Below, piece by piece: positions 9,933 to 24,300 of a stretch of DNA of 64,000 bases. Below the pieces are notes generated by a model. That model saw only the letters and a list, made by a program, of their open reading frames with translations, searched no databases and had not been told where the DNA came from. The translations under genes were made by a program, and so were the position numbers. Origin of the DNA: Bispira polyomma (lineage: Eukaryota); NCBI GenBank assembly GCA_965649765.1, contig OZ287757.1, positions 29,512,001 through 29,576,000 on the forward strand, written 5' to 3'. The stretch's first letter is position 1. The number at the start of each line of letters is the position of its first letter.

Positions 9933-12752
9933 AGTCGAAAGTTTTTTGTATTTTGAAGTTACTGCCACAGTGAAAGCATTTTGGGAGGAGGGGTGCATAT
10001 TAACTGAATAGACTGATACTAGTAGAAGACACTGGATACCCGGAATTTGCGGGCGTTCTTAATTAACGGAATAGGTCAAGTGACTGACCAATGTAAATTT
10101 TTTGGAATTTATTATTTATTGTGATGTACCATTTCATGGATTATACATTTGGTTATTTCTAGAAGATTTGTATTAATTTTAACTTTTCCTCAGAAATGAA
10201 TTACTCGAGTGTGTTTCATAGATATTTATTTTGGTTGTTGTGTGTGTACTGTTCAGATTTATCCATATATGAAACAGCTTTCTGATTGTATTTATGTTCA
10301 TCTATGTTGTAGAATACACTGTTGATTGTCCATAAATGAGTGATGAAATGACAGCTGATCATTTCCTTGTGGGATTTTTTCCCCTACAAAGTACATATTC
10401 AAACTATTTGGCCAAAATGGCTACTATTGCAACACACTTTTTGAAGGATTTTCATTTGTGAATACACAAGAATGACTTTGCATAGATTGATGAGATGACC
10501 CCTATTGCAGCCATAATGTATGCTGGATATTTTTTATCTCATTATTTCGCAAAATCCAGATATGCTTACACACGTTTTTTTGTCTAATAAGGTAATCATA
10601 ATCCAATGCTCGATTTTTGTTCATTAGCTTTGACAGGTCTGAGTAACTAAAAATACATAGGAACGTAGACAGACACAATAATAGCAGCTAACATTAGGTT
10701 AAATATCAAAGTGCAAGCTTTTTTATTATTTTTATTTAAACTGAAAATTTAGATAAATTATTAAAATGTTTAAAATAAAACAAATGATGAGTGACCTTTT
10801 TTTAGAGTATTAAATTAAATGTCATTTATATTAATCATATTAATTCTACTGGATTGAGGACCAATCAAATATTTAAATCAACCCTTGCATAAAGTGGTGC
10901 TCACTTTATGACGGAATGGAGAGGCGGTTAGAGACATTTTGAAAATTGCCTTGTAGTGGCGGGAACCCCTTGCCTTAAGTTTATCTTCCTTTTGGAATCT
11001 TCTGCAGTCGACCAAATCACTATGTGTATCTTCGCTCTCAGTGATCGCTTTTCTGCCCATTTCTGACTATTCTCGAATATTTTTGTAACACTACTGTAAG
11101 TCTTCCGCTTGTTCCAGACTGGGAGTATTATTTGAAGTTAATATGTACTAATACTTGTTAAGACATAGCATTTATTGTATAAATGGCTACCTTTGTAAAT
11201 GTAAATGTGTGTAGGTTCATAGTCTGATATCACGTCTATTGGGGTCTCAGCCGACTTTACATTTTACACCCTCCCAGCCTGGGTTCTTTCACCCAATTGT
11301 TAAGTCCCAGCTCCCTCAGAAAGTATACTAGCCATGTTGCCACACTCATTAGCGGCCAGGTACCCATTCATACACCTGGGTAGAGAGGGACAAAAGGGTA
11401 CAATTTCCAGGCCTGCAGCACAGATCAGATCAGGGGGGTTAATATATACTTATACTTTGATATAAAGATAGCAATTTTGTACAGATTAGTATGTCCTTAA
11501 TAAGACCATGAGTAAAACTAATTGTAATGTATGATATAGCAGTATGATATAAAGTGTTTTTCTGACATTCGGTGGATGTCTCTTACAAATAGGTTCTCTA
11601 CTTCCTCTAAAAACATGCGTGCAATATAGTGTAATACTAAACTATTATTTCACAAAAACCCCTAAAAACAGGATTTCTGATTGTAGCATTCCAGGCCTTG
11701 CAGACTTATATTTTTCTTTAAGACTACGACCGCAGGTATTTATTTTGTATAATATTATAGCATATGAAACTACCACAAAGATTCATATCCTTTAATTATA
11801 AAATAAAATGAGGCATTTTTTTATATACATATATATATGATATTAATAATAAATTATTTGCTTCGCATAACATGGTATGGTGTAATTATTGTTTGAGTTT
11901 AAAATTTGTTGTAGAAAGGCCATCATTTCTGATTTGCATATTCTTAATACAGTAGCATCTATTAAGCTCCAATTATAGAGTTTCAAAATGCCGTATTATG
12001 AGAATATTTATCTTACAAAAAGGATATACTTTCACATGCTTATGTGATTTGCGTAGTTGTTGAGGACTTTGTCAGCTAATCAGATGGTCTTTGGTTTAAC
12101 TCCTGACTGGTCGAGGTGGTCTGGTGATTGGAAGATCTCCAGTTTGACTCCAGCTTATGCATCTAGGTTAATTGGTGTCATAACATCCTTGGGCAACATG
12201 TGAACTCTCCAACGCGCACTGATAAAGACCCAGGTATATATTAACAGGCCTCTACATAAATGCTTCAATAAAAATAATAAAAGTCATTTTTAACCATTCA
12301 AGGACGTCCTGATGATGTGTATTATCAACTCTAATTTATTTCAATTAAATGATTTGCCAAGATTAATAAATCAGATATAGCTACTTTGATATATTTTAGG
12401 TGTGTTTAAATGATTTGTCAAGACTGCGCCAATACTCTGTGTTGTAAATCAAAAGCAAAGCTAATTTTTTTTCTAAATTTTAAATAAAAATATAACAAAA
12501 TGTCATGTAGTTTATGTTAAAAATAGAGTTACAATATACTGTGGCTTTGATTTTTGTCCCAATAAATAATTGCAGCATTTTTATTATTAAAATAAGCATA
12601 CACTGTTTGATACTAAAATTGCAGCTTTCTTATTTTATTATAATTTGTTTAATGAGCATTTATCTCCTTGGTCATACCAGGAAATTTGGTTTGAAAGATT
12701 GTTAATATTGTGAGTGTCTGGACAATGATTAATTATTCATATTTGTCTTAAG

Positions 12753-15700
12753 GTGTTGTTGCAAAAGATGATCAATGCCCAAGCTAGTCACTTTGAGAAT
12801 AGGTCACTTTTTCTGGTGTACCTTCTCCCGATATTGAAACGACAGAGTTAGATTTGAATGCAACTTGTTCAATCAATAACAATTACAAATTGCCATTGTC
12901 CATGAATAATCAGATCCAGAGTTTTACTACAAATACTGGCAAAAGGAGTTTGCTTGGTTAGCCTTGGGTGTGTGGCAATTACTTCAGTTACTTCGAAAAG
13001 ACAATAATACACTAAAGCATTGACAGCTTGAATTTACTGGTGATAGTGTAAGTATATTGTGTACTGGTTCATGGTCAGTTATTTTGTAGTCTAGATTGGT
13101 TTTTGTTTGTAGTAATATTCTCATTTCATAGCAAAAAAAAAAGTGGTTAAGGTTACTGTGATCAATATAATTGTATATATTATAATAGTTTCCCAGTTGA
13201 ACTTAGGTCACACACTCTTTAAACGACTTATACACCTTCGTTCCCTGCCTGTACACCCGCACATTTTTTATTCTGTTGTTGCGCTTGGAAGATGCCTTAC
13301 ATCAATAAGGCACGTTACAAATACAATACAATAATTTTACTTATTCCATGAGAGTTCACCCAAGTACATATGTAGTTACTTTATCATCAAAATTCAAAAC
13401 CTTAATCAGATCGAATAATTCAGGAAAAGTTCCAACTCTCTTAGAGGCACTGTTGGTCTTTGGGTTGAATCCGAGATTGTTTTCCTTGATCCGTAGTTAT
13501 CAAAGGTGTACCAGTTAAACTCACAATCATGTCAACAATTCCCCTGCTACATCTTTGTGTGCAAGAAAAGTGTCAAAAGTCGGGCCCGTATTCTTGATCG
13601 TATACTCAACTCAAATATAAACCATGTGGAAGTCCTTGTACATGGAAATAACCTATACATGTGATCATTCATCTTAATAGCGACTTCAACAATGAATTCA
13701 AATATGAAGTCAGATTTTACATATTTTTGCTGTATCTCGAGTTATAAAGATTCCAAATTTGATTTGAGTATGAGTTTAAGCTGAGTATACGTTTGAGAAT
13801 ACAGGCCCTGATTTCCATGCTGAAAGCTCTATTAAACTGAATGGTCATTTGCATTAATAACTAAGTATGTGTATGTGGTTTTTGCGTTTAAGCCGTGAGT
13901 TAACCCTTTTAAAGCCCATGTTGTAGGCTATTAGCCACCCCAAAACATTTCTTTTTTTTTCCCTCCAGTTCCTCACACCAGGAAATGGTTAGAACTGCAG
14001 ATTTTCCTGTTTTAATAATTATACCTGAGGCCGGGGGTAGTCTTTGGTGTGTGTTTTAGTGACTTGAGTTATCTGGAAGCTGTTACCTCCAATTCCCGGC
14101 AATAGATTTTCTTAGCTTTTCTTAGCCAGATCTCTCTTTTCCAAAAATTTCTAACTCAAACCAGACTCAAGTTTAAACTTCAAGTTGTCCTTTCTCTGTA
14201 GAGAGGGAAGCTATACGCCAATAAACAGTAAAGGTTATACCTATATGCAGGAGTTATACATAGCCTTCACTTGAGTTGAGTCTGAGTTTATGCTACAGTT
14301 TGGGGATTAAGAACCTTGGTATAGTTGTATTGTATTATAATTTATACTCTTCATATTATCTATCTATATATCTTTCTAATATTTAAATCACTAATTAACC
14401 TATTGTTGACGATCAACAACCAACCAGCATTAATTAACTATCATTCCTCTAACTGAGAAAGTTGTGGCTTGAGGATGACCATTTATAAATGTCCCCAAGA
14501 CATTTTAGCCTGTCACTGGGGATAGGATCCAATGACAGGACGGTCGTTTTTTTAAGTCGTTATGCAGGCCACTATCTATACTACTTCTATTCTGGTCGCC
14601 TAAGGCTGGATATCGAATACAGATCCTGTGTATTCCTAAGCTGGTGTGTTACACTCACTAGGCTACAGTGATCCAGTGTAAACACATTGTATCATGTACA
14701 GGTCAGAATGAGTTCAGAAAGGTAGCAGACCATGACTGTGGAAGAAATGACTATATATGGGGTAAATCTGTGTTGTCACTACAAAAATGTACTTAGCTCT
14801 GTCACTACAGCCGGTGTGTGGCCTTTGTCACCATCAATGCGGATTTGGAGCCCACAAACTTCTGGCTAAAGAACTTGTGCAGTGATGTGCAGCAACTAGT
14901 CGGTGTGGATGTCTTTTAAAGGTATGCATTTTAAGTAACATAAAAATCTGACAAGATATTGGAGTTGGAATAGGATGTTGATAATGTATGTTGTCTCGCA
15001 TGGCCTGGACACGTGGCCTACGGGGAATGTGATGATATATTGTTTCTCTCTATCCAGGGGTAGAAATGGGTACCTGGCCGCAGGCGAGTGTTATTTTTTG
15101 TGGCGTATATGGTAGTCTTCGTTTGTTCTCCTGCTCTGTGTGTATAAGTACCAACATCGTCACAAACAAAACATCACAAAACGTCACAATCGACTGCACC
15201 TTCATGAAAATGACGTCACTTTGATGCGAAACTACCACGTTTCCATTTTTATGGCTTGGCTACATTGTGGGACGAAACCACGTGTAGGTGTGACTAGGCT
15301 ATTACACTGAGTGGGTGATCAGAAGGTCCCCGATTCGACTCCTGATAACAAAATAATGGTTATTGTGGATACCATTATTCAGCAAGGTGTGAACATACCA
15401 TTGCCTTGTGATTTATGGACGACTAATAGGCTATATATTATGATCATTATAAATTACTGGAATAAGCCATTACATTTTTGGAGTAAAGGGCCATTCTAGT
15501 ATTTGTTTTCACTGTAAAGCTTTGAGGGTATTCCCTTAGTGTCCATCTGGTGAATACTGTAATATTCTTTGGTTTCAATATATGAATAAAAACTGTGCTC
15601 GCCTCTATGTGCTTATTCAGCCAGCAGTCTGTATGTAGTTAGGTATGTGTTGTCACTTTTAGTCATTGTGGCGGAGGTAAGCACTCTTTCTGGTGAACAG

Positions 15701-16905
15701 TTTGGCCGTGTATCTGCTGATTCAAGTAGTGTTTATGTATGTATTGGATTGGATTGTTTTGGTTTGTTCTCACTTTTTGGCACTGTTGTACACCATTATA
15801 CCCTACAATGCTCACAATACTATAATAACATTACTGTTTCAATAAATTTATGAAAAATGTGGTCCTCTGTATGAGTTGATTTATTTATATATTTCAGATG
15901 GAATGGCAGGTTACATTGTCAGAAACAGCAAACAATGTACCAACCCAGTGAAGTTATTCTCTGTCTCAATCATGTCCACTCTGGAGGGCAGTGACAAATG
16001 TGACTCTCATGATGTAAGAGCTGAAAACATTTTAAATTGACATCTTTAACCTGGAGATGTCAGAATATTCTAAAGGCATTGATCTTCTGTTGCTAATTTT
16101 ATATAATTTCATACCATATACAATAGAATCGTTAGCCGAAATCCATTTATCCGAACCGCCAGAGCTTCTTTCAGGATGTACTTTCAGGAACATTAAGACA
16201 TCCATTATGTAGAATTACAAATACAAATCCCTTTTAGGATTCACATATTTGGTACTTAATGCATTTGACAAAACACCCATTGTATTGTATCATATCATTA
16301 AATACTATCTTACTAAATATTTAAAACCTATCTTTTGACCTTGCTTACCCACAAATTTTATCTAGCTTTGTTTTAAATCTGTACATTAATTACTAACTTT
16401 TTTTTTATTACTAACTTGTTATATAAAAAAAAAATCCTTACTTCCATTTGGTCCACGATTGTATTTCACCATGTATGTTTTAAAACATTGTAACTGCAAC
16501 CAATGTATTATATATACTTGCTTCTGATTGGCTCACGATATGGTTTAACTATGTAAACTTTGAATTGATTTGCGTGTTTTGTCACTCTTAAAACATTGTA
16601 TATCCCGATGGTTGATTTGAGTACTGGGAGGAAACCAATGTATACTAGTTCATAACAATTATACATATGGCTATACTACCAACAGAAATATGGACTGTGA
16701 TAATATGGACTGTGGCGGCTGTGCCATCTGTGGAGGCTTTGTGACCGAGACAATTTGAGACTGCAAGGACATGAGTGAAAGCCTAACTGGCTGTGTGGGC
16801 TTTGCTGCAGTAGTAAGGCTGGCGCGGAAGGACTCTAACGGCTTGCCCAATGATGGCTGTAAATGCCCAAATAAATGAGGTCATGACATATACCAAGGAC
16901 TAAGT
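12753..16905 (+). pseudogene. Decayed secreted/lectin-like gene: C-type-lectin-like exons followed by PAN/apple-domain exons
   Basis: Exon 14702-14921 (ag/gt bounded) reads QNEFRKVADHDCGRNDYIWGKSVLSLQKCT*LCHYSRCVAFV...FWLKNLC. About 16665-16905 reads NMDCGGCAIC...TI*DCKDMSESLTGCVGF. 15898-16013 is a partial PAN-like exon. 12753-13047 and ~13420-13578 (SQSCQQFPCYIFVCKK) resemble the two halves of a CTLD. Stops and indels are present. Confidence 0.55.
13582..13808. mobile_element. MITE (PIF/Harbinger-like termini)
   Basis: Left end gggcccgtattcttgatcgtatactca matches the reverse complement of the right end, gggcctgtattctcaaacgtatactca. Confidence 0.75.
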
Positions 16906-17279
16906 GTGACTAAATATACTGCCGTTTATAAATATCTATGGTTCATGACCCCTCTTCTGTCTAAATGGGTACTGGATATATGCCTTAGGATCCGTTAGGA
17001 CAGAGATTAAGCACCTAGGATCACATCAGATTAGATCACTTAGACTAGCTCAATGTAGTTTGTTATATCGATATAAAAATAATTGCACTTTACTCAGAAG
17101 TATTTAATTCCACCCTGATTGCCATTCATGATTGTGTCCACTAATTATAAAGAAAATCACTGTCAATATTAGACAACACAATGTAAAATACTCAACAGTT
17201 GGCATTTAGCAATTGTTATGGAGTTATTTCAAAAACGTTATTCTCTTGGACAATCTAATTCATTGAACATTTAAACCAA

Positions 17280-17390
17280 GGGGTGGTATACACCAAAGCG
17301 CTAAGCTGAGACTTTGTATTAGATCAAGTATACGTTTGAGCTAGATTTAGGATAATATCTAGACTTAGCCTTTTTGGTGAATACTGCCCC
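17280..17390. mobile_element. Short MITE
   Basis: Imperfect TIRs: ggggtggtatacaccaaagcgctaag versus right-end reverse complement ggggcagtattcaccaaaaaggctaag. Confidence 0.65.
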
Positions 17391-18441
17391 TGACATTCAA
17401 CAATCCCACTCTCCCCACTCCCAATGGATAGGAATAAGTCCGATTGAAAAAGCAATGATACATTATGAATACCTATTATAATTCTATACTGGGCTATGCT
17501 TTCAAATCACATTTTAAGAACTGAACTTACTACCACCAAGAGTAAAATAAACCCCAAAATATAGTAATTTACAAAACACCAATTATATGCACCACAGTAG
17601 TGCATACTCATATGCACTACACATGGTCATAATGAACCCATACACTCTAGGTTGATAAAAATTTTTGCAGTCTAAAAAGCAGGAATTTAAGAACAAGGCT
17701 TTTTTATGAGAACTGTCCAATTATGTCTTTTTCCCAGGGTTTGTTTGCATGTGGCAAGGTATTAAAGCACTAAACCAGAAAGGCTTCACTGGTGCTAAGC
17801 AAAACAAGAGTTGTTATTTTAAAAAGACATTGGCATACAGTGTAATGGACAACTGCCGTTTAGGTGTTTAGCCTAGTCAATTGCTTCTATCCGATACATG
17901 AAGGCCTTACATATTATTTCAACATTGCGGCTGTGCCTTATAATCAGCTCATAATGTAAACCTGACAACCCTCAGTTTGGACGGGTTGATTGCTTCCAAC
18001 CAATTCACGAAGGCCTTGCATATTATTTCCAAGATGGTTGTGCCTTTTTCGATGGCCGCAACCTTTTCAGAATGAAAACAACGTCAGGATGACAAACACA
18101 GAAATGAAGTTTGTGCTACTCTACTTGTCTTCTATGTTTAGAAAATCAACATTGTCACATATTTTAAATATGATGCAGTCAATTTGAAATGAAAAGAGCT
18201 TAACTAATGAATTATGGGCAAAAGTTTTTGTATGTCAGAAAAGATGCTAACCTGTTTGAGAGATGCATTTAGGGATGTATACCACCAGAGGTTAGTCCTT
18301 CAAGCCATATTGATTAGATTTCGGGAGACATATATCCCTATCATATGGCCCACCGCATTTGGTATGCACATACATCTCCACACTTTTAACTGGTGTGTTT
18401 AGGTGCAATTACAAGTTTCAAAGGGAGGAGCCTGTGTGTAC

Positions 18442-18730
18442 TAATCGTATCTAATCTAATCTAACTTTTATAGCACTTAATCTCTCCTTTTTATGGAATT
18501 CTAAGGCGTAGACAGTATCATTTTTCAATTTGCATTTCTGTTAGACAAGCATGTTGAATAGGTAGGTTTTAAGGATGTGAGTGAGGATGCACAACGAATT
18601 TCGGCAGGTAATTCATTCCAAAGTGTTGGAGCATCATGGGCAAAGGTATTGTTTAAGTGACGTTTAGATTTGTGTACTGCTAACATAAATCTTGGAATGG
18701 TCAGGTAACTTTTTTCTGGTCTCCATGTAC
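18442..18730 (-). mobile_element. L2 LINE extreme 3' fragment
   Basis: TFAHDAPTLWNELPAEIR C-terminal motif, (tagat)n tail at 18442-18465, flanked by tgtac/tgtac. The empty site is seen in the paralogous block near 26810. Confidence 0.8.
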
Positions 18731-18809
18731 ATAACAAATTCTCTCAACAGGACACTTCATAAACAAGAAAGTAAATATGAATGACACCATACTACCTCAT
18801 AATCCACCT

Positions 18810-19690
18810 TTTTTGGCGTCCGGACCCCTGTGTCAAAAACCTTTGGATTACCTTACTTAATGCTCTTTGTGGCAATGTTTAACTAAATCCTGGGCCTTTC
18901 CAATCAAATCTAAAAATTGGTGCCTTCAATGCCAGATCTATCGGCAACAAGGGGGTGTTGCTATCTTTGTCAAGAGTACCCTTTCAAGTGAAATTTTCAA
19001 TATTGATGAATCTCCATCTTTTGAATGTATTACCTGCAAAATTTTAAATGGATCTCAATCATTCCTAGTTTCCTTCCTGTATCGTCCACCGAGCACCTCT
19101 ATATCTGCTTTCAATCAAGAATTTTCTGGTTTCATTGCATCCATTATCCTTCTCCTGTTGAAATCTATTGTACTTGAGAACTTCAACATCAAAATCGAAA
19201 TCAAAAACACGACAACCGAAGATTTCTACAGCCTGCTGAATATTTTTCAATTCAAACAGTTTATTTCCTGTCCCACTCATCTCCTCAACCACATTCTCGA
19301 CCTGATCATTGCTAGACCTGAGTCCAAGCTGATACAGGATGTATGTATTACTGACGGGTGTCTGATCTTCTTGACATTTTTGCACATCTTGTGATGCCTA
19401 AACCACTGTCACAAAAACCTAAGGTAATTAAATTCCGCAACACCAGAAAAATTAACATTCTAAAATTTTGGGATGCCATACTTGCTTCTCGCTTCATTAA
19501 ACACCCTAGTAAAAGTGTGAATAATCTCAGTCTACTATATAACCATATCTTGTCCTCTATCCTTTCTGACCCCTATGAATGGACCAACCCAGACATCAAG
19601 GAAGCTAAAAGTTGTAAGCGTCAACTTATGGTGGGGCACTAATTCAGCATTTGATAGCCAGTGCTACAGAATTTGAATTTGAATCTTGAA
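18810..19690 (+). mobile_element. L2/CR1 LINE apurinic-endonuclease fragment, decayed
   Basis: GGVAIFVK, SFECI, LYRPPS, (G)NFNI and PTHLLNHILDLII APE motifs in the 18867-19394 ORF, continuing in 19358-19642. Confidence 0.85.
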
Positions 19691-20184
19691 TTTGATGGTG
19701 GGTTTTGCAAAATATATGTGTTGCTTGTTCAAATATCTAGGTAATAGTGTTACAAAGGGAGGGGAGCGGTCATGGGTGATTGAACTTGAATCTGATTGGA
19801 ATTTGCTAAATAAACAATAAAATAAAGGTTAGGTATCACCTAAAGTTTTAAGGTTGGATAAATCTTATGCTGGACTGAACTAACAGACCCCTAAAGTGGT
19901 CGTGTTGTGCATTAGGTCATTTTTTACCCCATTATTAAAACCTTAAAAATGCAACCCAAATCATTAAAAAAATTAATATTGATTCTCCTTTCTATTGATT
20001 CCCCCCACTGCCATGAAGTTGAGACATGTTAGAAACAAACTAGGATGGACCTGCCACGAAAGTGACATGTACCTCCACCAACACTAATGACAAAGGAATA
20101 CATAATCAACAATAACAAAAGTTTTGAACATTTTACCGAAGATTTCTGTAGTGCTCCTACTGCAGACAAATCTGAAACAACGTA

Positions 20185-21290
20185 GTTTTTTTTAAATATT
20201 ACAATATTTTTATTTAACAATATTATGTATACAATGACATTCTGAAACAAAGTTACAACATACAGTCACTGACCGATACAAAGACGTTCATTATGCATTC
20301 TAATGGCCATGCGTGTAAATGAGACCTAGATATAACTGTAAAAAAATTTTTAGAAAGTGAGTAATACATAAAAATACATAAAACAGTATCACGACAGAAA
20401 ACAAATCAGTACCATCAACGTCCGCAGGATATAGGATACATGTTTAAAATTGCAGCATTAAGATTTTACTTGTTTTATTCACTCATTAAATAATTTATTT
20501 AAGTTTCAGACTACTGATTTATAGGGAAATCTATGTGTTAAATTGAGAAGGGAATAAAGTGGTTTAAAATTTTCACCAAAACTGTATGGAATTATTGTTT
20601 GATTTTTGGTCAGCACACTCAATTTGGGCTCTATTTTACACAAAATAAGAATGGTGTATCAAAAAATTCAATATAAAGAGACAATACAAAAACATCATAC
20701 TGTGAACATTTTTGATTAGGTCGAATTCTCTTTGGGATTTACCATGATAATGGTATGTAGGTACAGGCAGTGTTGTCACTTAAAGCTGTATTCTGATTAT
20801 ATGGAAGTGTCACTTCAACTTAACACCACCTTCTGTCTGGAAAACGTTTTGACACCTGTGTAAAAAGATATGTTCTTTCACTATCCTGTCAGCAGCTTAT
20901 AGACTTGTAAATGGGATTTGTAACCTAACATGAAAAAGGTCTCTATTCCACCAAAAGACTTTTATATATAAATATATGTATGCAAATTATTATGTTAGCC
21001 TACACTTTCATATCGTTGCTCTAAACTTCGATTTTATAGATCAGGTTATTTTTTTTTCTCAGAAATAGGGCTATTCTTGTTAGTAAATGCAGTTTATGTC
21101 AGGAAAATATTGCAAAACGGGTTCTCTTTTAAAAAACATAACATTATACAGAAGTGAGAACAATATACTACAAGAGTTGTCTTTTTTAAAAAGACATATT
21201 GTGAAATACACAAACGTTATTATGGCCCCTACATACTTAGGCAATCTGACACCCCTCAGTTCAGGAGGATCGATTGTGTCTAAGAAATCC
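20185..21290 (-). mobile_element. Highly decayed Tx1/L1-like LINE 3' end
   Basis: ELRGVRLP (GGLxLP-like) at the 5' side, C-terminal remnants in broken frames, and a T-rich tail on the + strand near 20186. Weak. Confidence 0.45.
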
Positions 21291-21366
21291 ATGAAGGCCT
21301 TACATATTATTTTTCTAAGATGATGGCGTACTTTTCAATGGTGGCGCCCGTTTCTGAATGAAAACA

Positions 21367-24300
21367 ATTGTAATTGTAATTAGACTTTTATTGCGCTTAA
21401 TCTCCCCTTAACAAAGCGGACTCTAAGGCGCAACAGCACAAAAGACAGTTATCCAATTTCCAAAATCAAGGGACAGAAAAGGGTCAGCACCATAGAGTGC
21501 GCCGGGGGATGATCGAGACTAGGGTGGATATGCTTTAGTGTACAAGTGGGTTTTAAGCTGCTTTCTACAACAGGCTAGTGAGGGGGAAGCACATCAGGAA
21601 GAGCATTCCAAACAATGGGAGCATCAAAAGCAAAGCTGTGACCAAACTGTTTAACTGACTTTTGAGTAGATAGGTGGAACTTCAGAACAACAAGGAAATT
21701 ACTACTACTCTGACTACGTCTGGTATTGTTGGAACTACTATAAGTGGAAAGATATGGGGAAAATACTTTGGAAACCCAGTGTGGAGAAACTTATAAACAA
21801 GTGTAGCTGTCTTAAACACTGAACGCTGTTCAACAGGGAGCCAATGCAATTTCTTAAGAACAGGAGTTATACTGGTGTATCGACTGGTGTTTGACACAAT
21901 TCTAGCTGCACTATTTTGAATGCATTGTAATTTACGTAAATTAAACTTTGAGAGACTTCTGAAAAGCAAATTGCAGTAATCTAGTCTACTACTGACAAAA
22001 GCATTGGCCACAAGTATAGAAGCATCATAAGTGACAAACCGTCTGACACGTCTAAAATCCCAGAGTTGCACAAAGCTTTTACAGACACTCTGAACGTGTT
22101 TAGAGAAAGAAAAGTCAGGGTCAAACCATACACCCAGGTTATTGACAGAATCAGCAGGACTGAAAGGGCTACCCAGGATGTCAACTGGAAACAATGGTTT
22201 CAACTTATCCCTCTGTTGTTTGAGCCAAAGATTATGAACTCAGTCTTGTCGGGATTAAGTTTGAGTTTACCAGTTGACATCCACTCTTTCACATCGTCAA
22301 GGCACCTGTTCAACTGTTCAAAGGCAGTAGATGTGTTCTTATGGGATAGGTGCACATAATTTTTGGGTATCATCTGCATAAAAACGAAACTTAATCCCTG
22401 TCTATTTGCCAATAACCAATCAGAGAGGGGCAGAGTATAATGAGAACAACAGAGGGCCCAAAATCTTGAGGAACACCAAACAAGAGTTTACAAAGATCGG
22501 ACAAAGTAGAGCCAATTTTTATCGACTGATAACGATCAGTTAAGTAGGAAGTGAACCATTTAAAAACAGAGCCCCTAACTCCAAACCAAGTCTGAAGACA
22601 ACTGAGAGGCGTAGAATGATCAATGGTGTCAAAGGCAGCAGAGAGGTCGAGCAATACCAGGGCAGTTGGTTCCCCTCTTGACAAAGATAGGTGAACTTCA
22701 TTTTTTATAGACAGTAGAGCTGTCTCAGTCGAATGACCTGTTTTATACGCAAACTGGTATGGGTTATCTAAGTCGTGGACAAAGAGGTGATCTAACAGTT
22801 GCCTAGCAACCACACGTTCAGCCAGTTTTGATATGAAAGTAAGACTAGATACAGGGCGATAATTCTTTAGGTCATCAACTGGAAGAGAAGCCTTCTTAAT
22901 AAGAGGAGTAACCACAGCTGTTTTAAAACCATCAGGTACATGTCCCTCAGTAAGTGAGCAGTTTACAAGCTTTGTAATGGATGGTAGTAATATATCACTA
23001 CATTCTTTAATAAGAGATGTTGGCCATGGATTCAACATGCAGGATTTTGTAGGCGATTTACTTATTATTTTACTAACATTGTTTTCAGAGACTCTGGTAA
23101 AGGCAGTAATTTCTGGGGGATCAGAAAGAGGATGAACATCAATTTTAGTTTCAGAAACAACAAAAGTATCTCTAATTCTATTAATTTTGTCAGAAAAAAA
23201 GGAAGCAAACTTATCAGCTAGTGATTTATCAGAATCATGGGACGGGAGTGCCACATTGGTATCCATATTAAGGGTCTTGCGCAGTTCGTGCCATAGCTTC
23301 CTGGAGTTGTGACTGTTGTCAGAGATAAGTTTGCTATAGTACTCCGACTTATCCTCGTTAACAAGTACATTGCACCGAGCAATCTGGCAATGAAGTGGAC
23401 TTCTATTTAATTGATTCTTGGCCCTTCGCCAAGTTCTTTCATATTAGCGCGAGATTTTGCCCGTTGGTATGAATCAGAGAGCCAATGAAATGAATCTTTC
23501 TTTGACATTCTAGATACAAGTGGTGCATGCTTATCTAGTACATCACCCAAGTCATGTATGTATTGTTCATAAAGTTTGGCTACAGAATTGGCAGGTGACT
23601 TAATAAAGGAAGTATTCTTGAGATCAGTACGGAGGTCCTACATGTTAATACGTTGGTATCTCCTATAATGCACTGTATTAGGAATATGAGCCACCTGTGG
23701 GGGAGAAACAATTGAACATTTGACTAATGCATGATCCAATATGAAATCGCAGACTTTGACATCCACAATAGCATCCTGATCACAAAGAGATAAAATAAGA
23801 TCCAGAATGTGACCATGCAGATGGGTAGGTTGTCTAACTGACTGTTTTAGATCGCACAAATCAAGAAAGGTCATAAATTTATCATCGTCACCAACTGGTG
23901 CATCAACATGTATGTTAAAGTCACCACAGATATGATATGAACTGTTAATGGAAGACTACAAACCAACAAAGACATGAATTCTTCTAAATAATTACAGGTA
24001 CATGATCCTGGGGGACGATAGACACAGGCAAGCAACAGTGAGTGGCCATGAAGCCCAATTGATACCACCATATTTTCAAAGGACTGATAGACAGGAGAAT
24101 CTATTTTATGTGGTTTGTAGGAGGATTTGATGAAGAAACCAACACCGCCACTAATACATGAGGGACGACGCGTTTGAGGAAACACAAATCAGGAGGAGTA
24201 ACAGACTGTAGACAGCTATCCGTATCAGATAGACGGACATAGGTCTCTGTAACACAGAGGAAGTCGAGGTCATGCGATGTCACAATATGGACCCTTGTTC

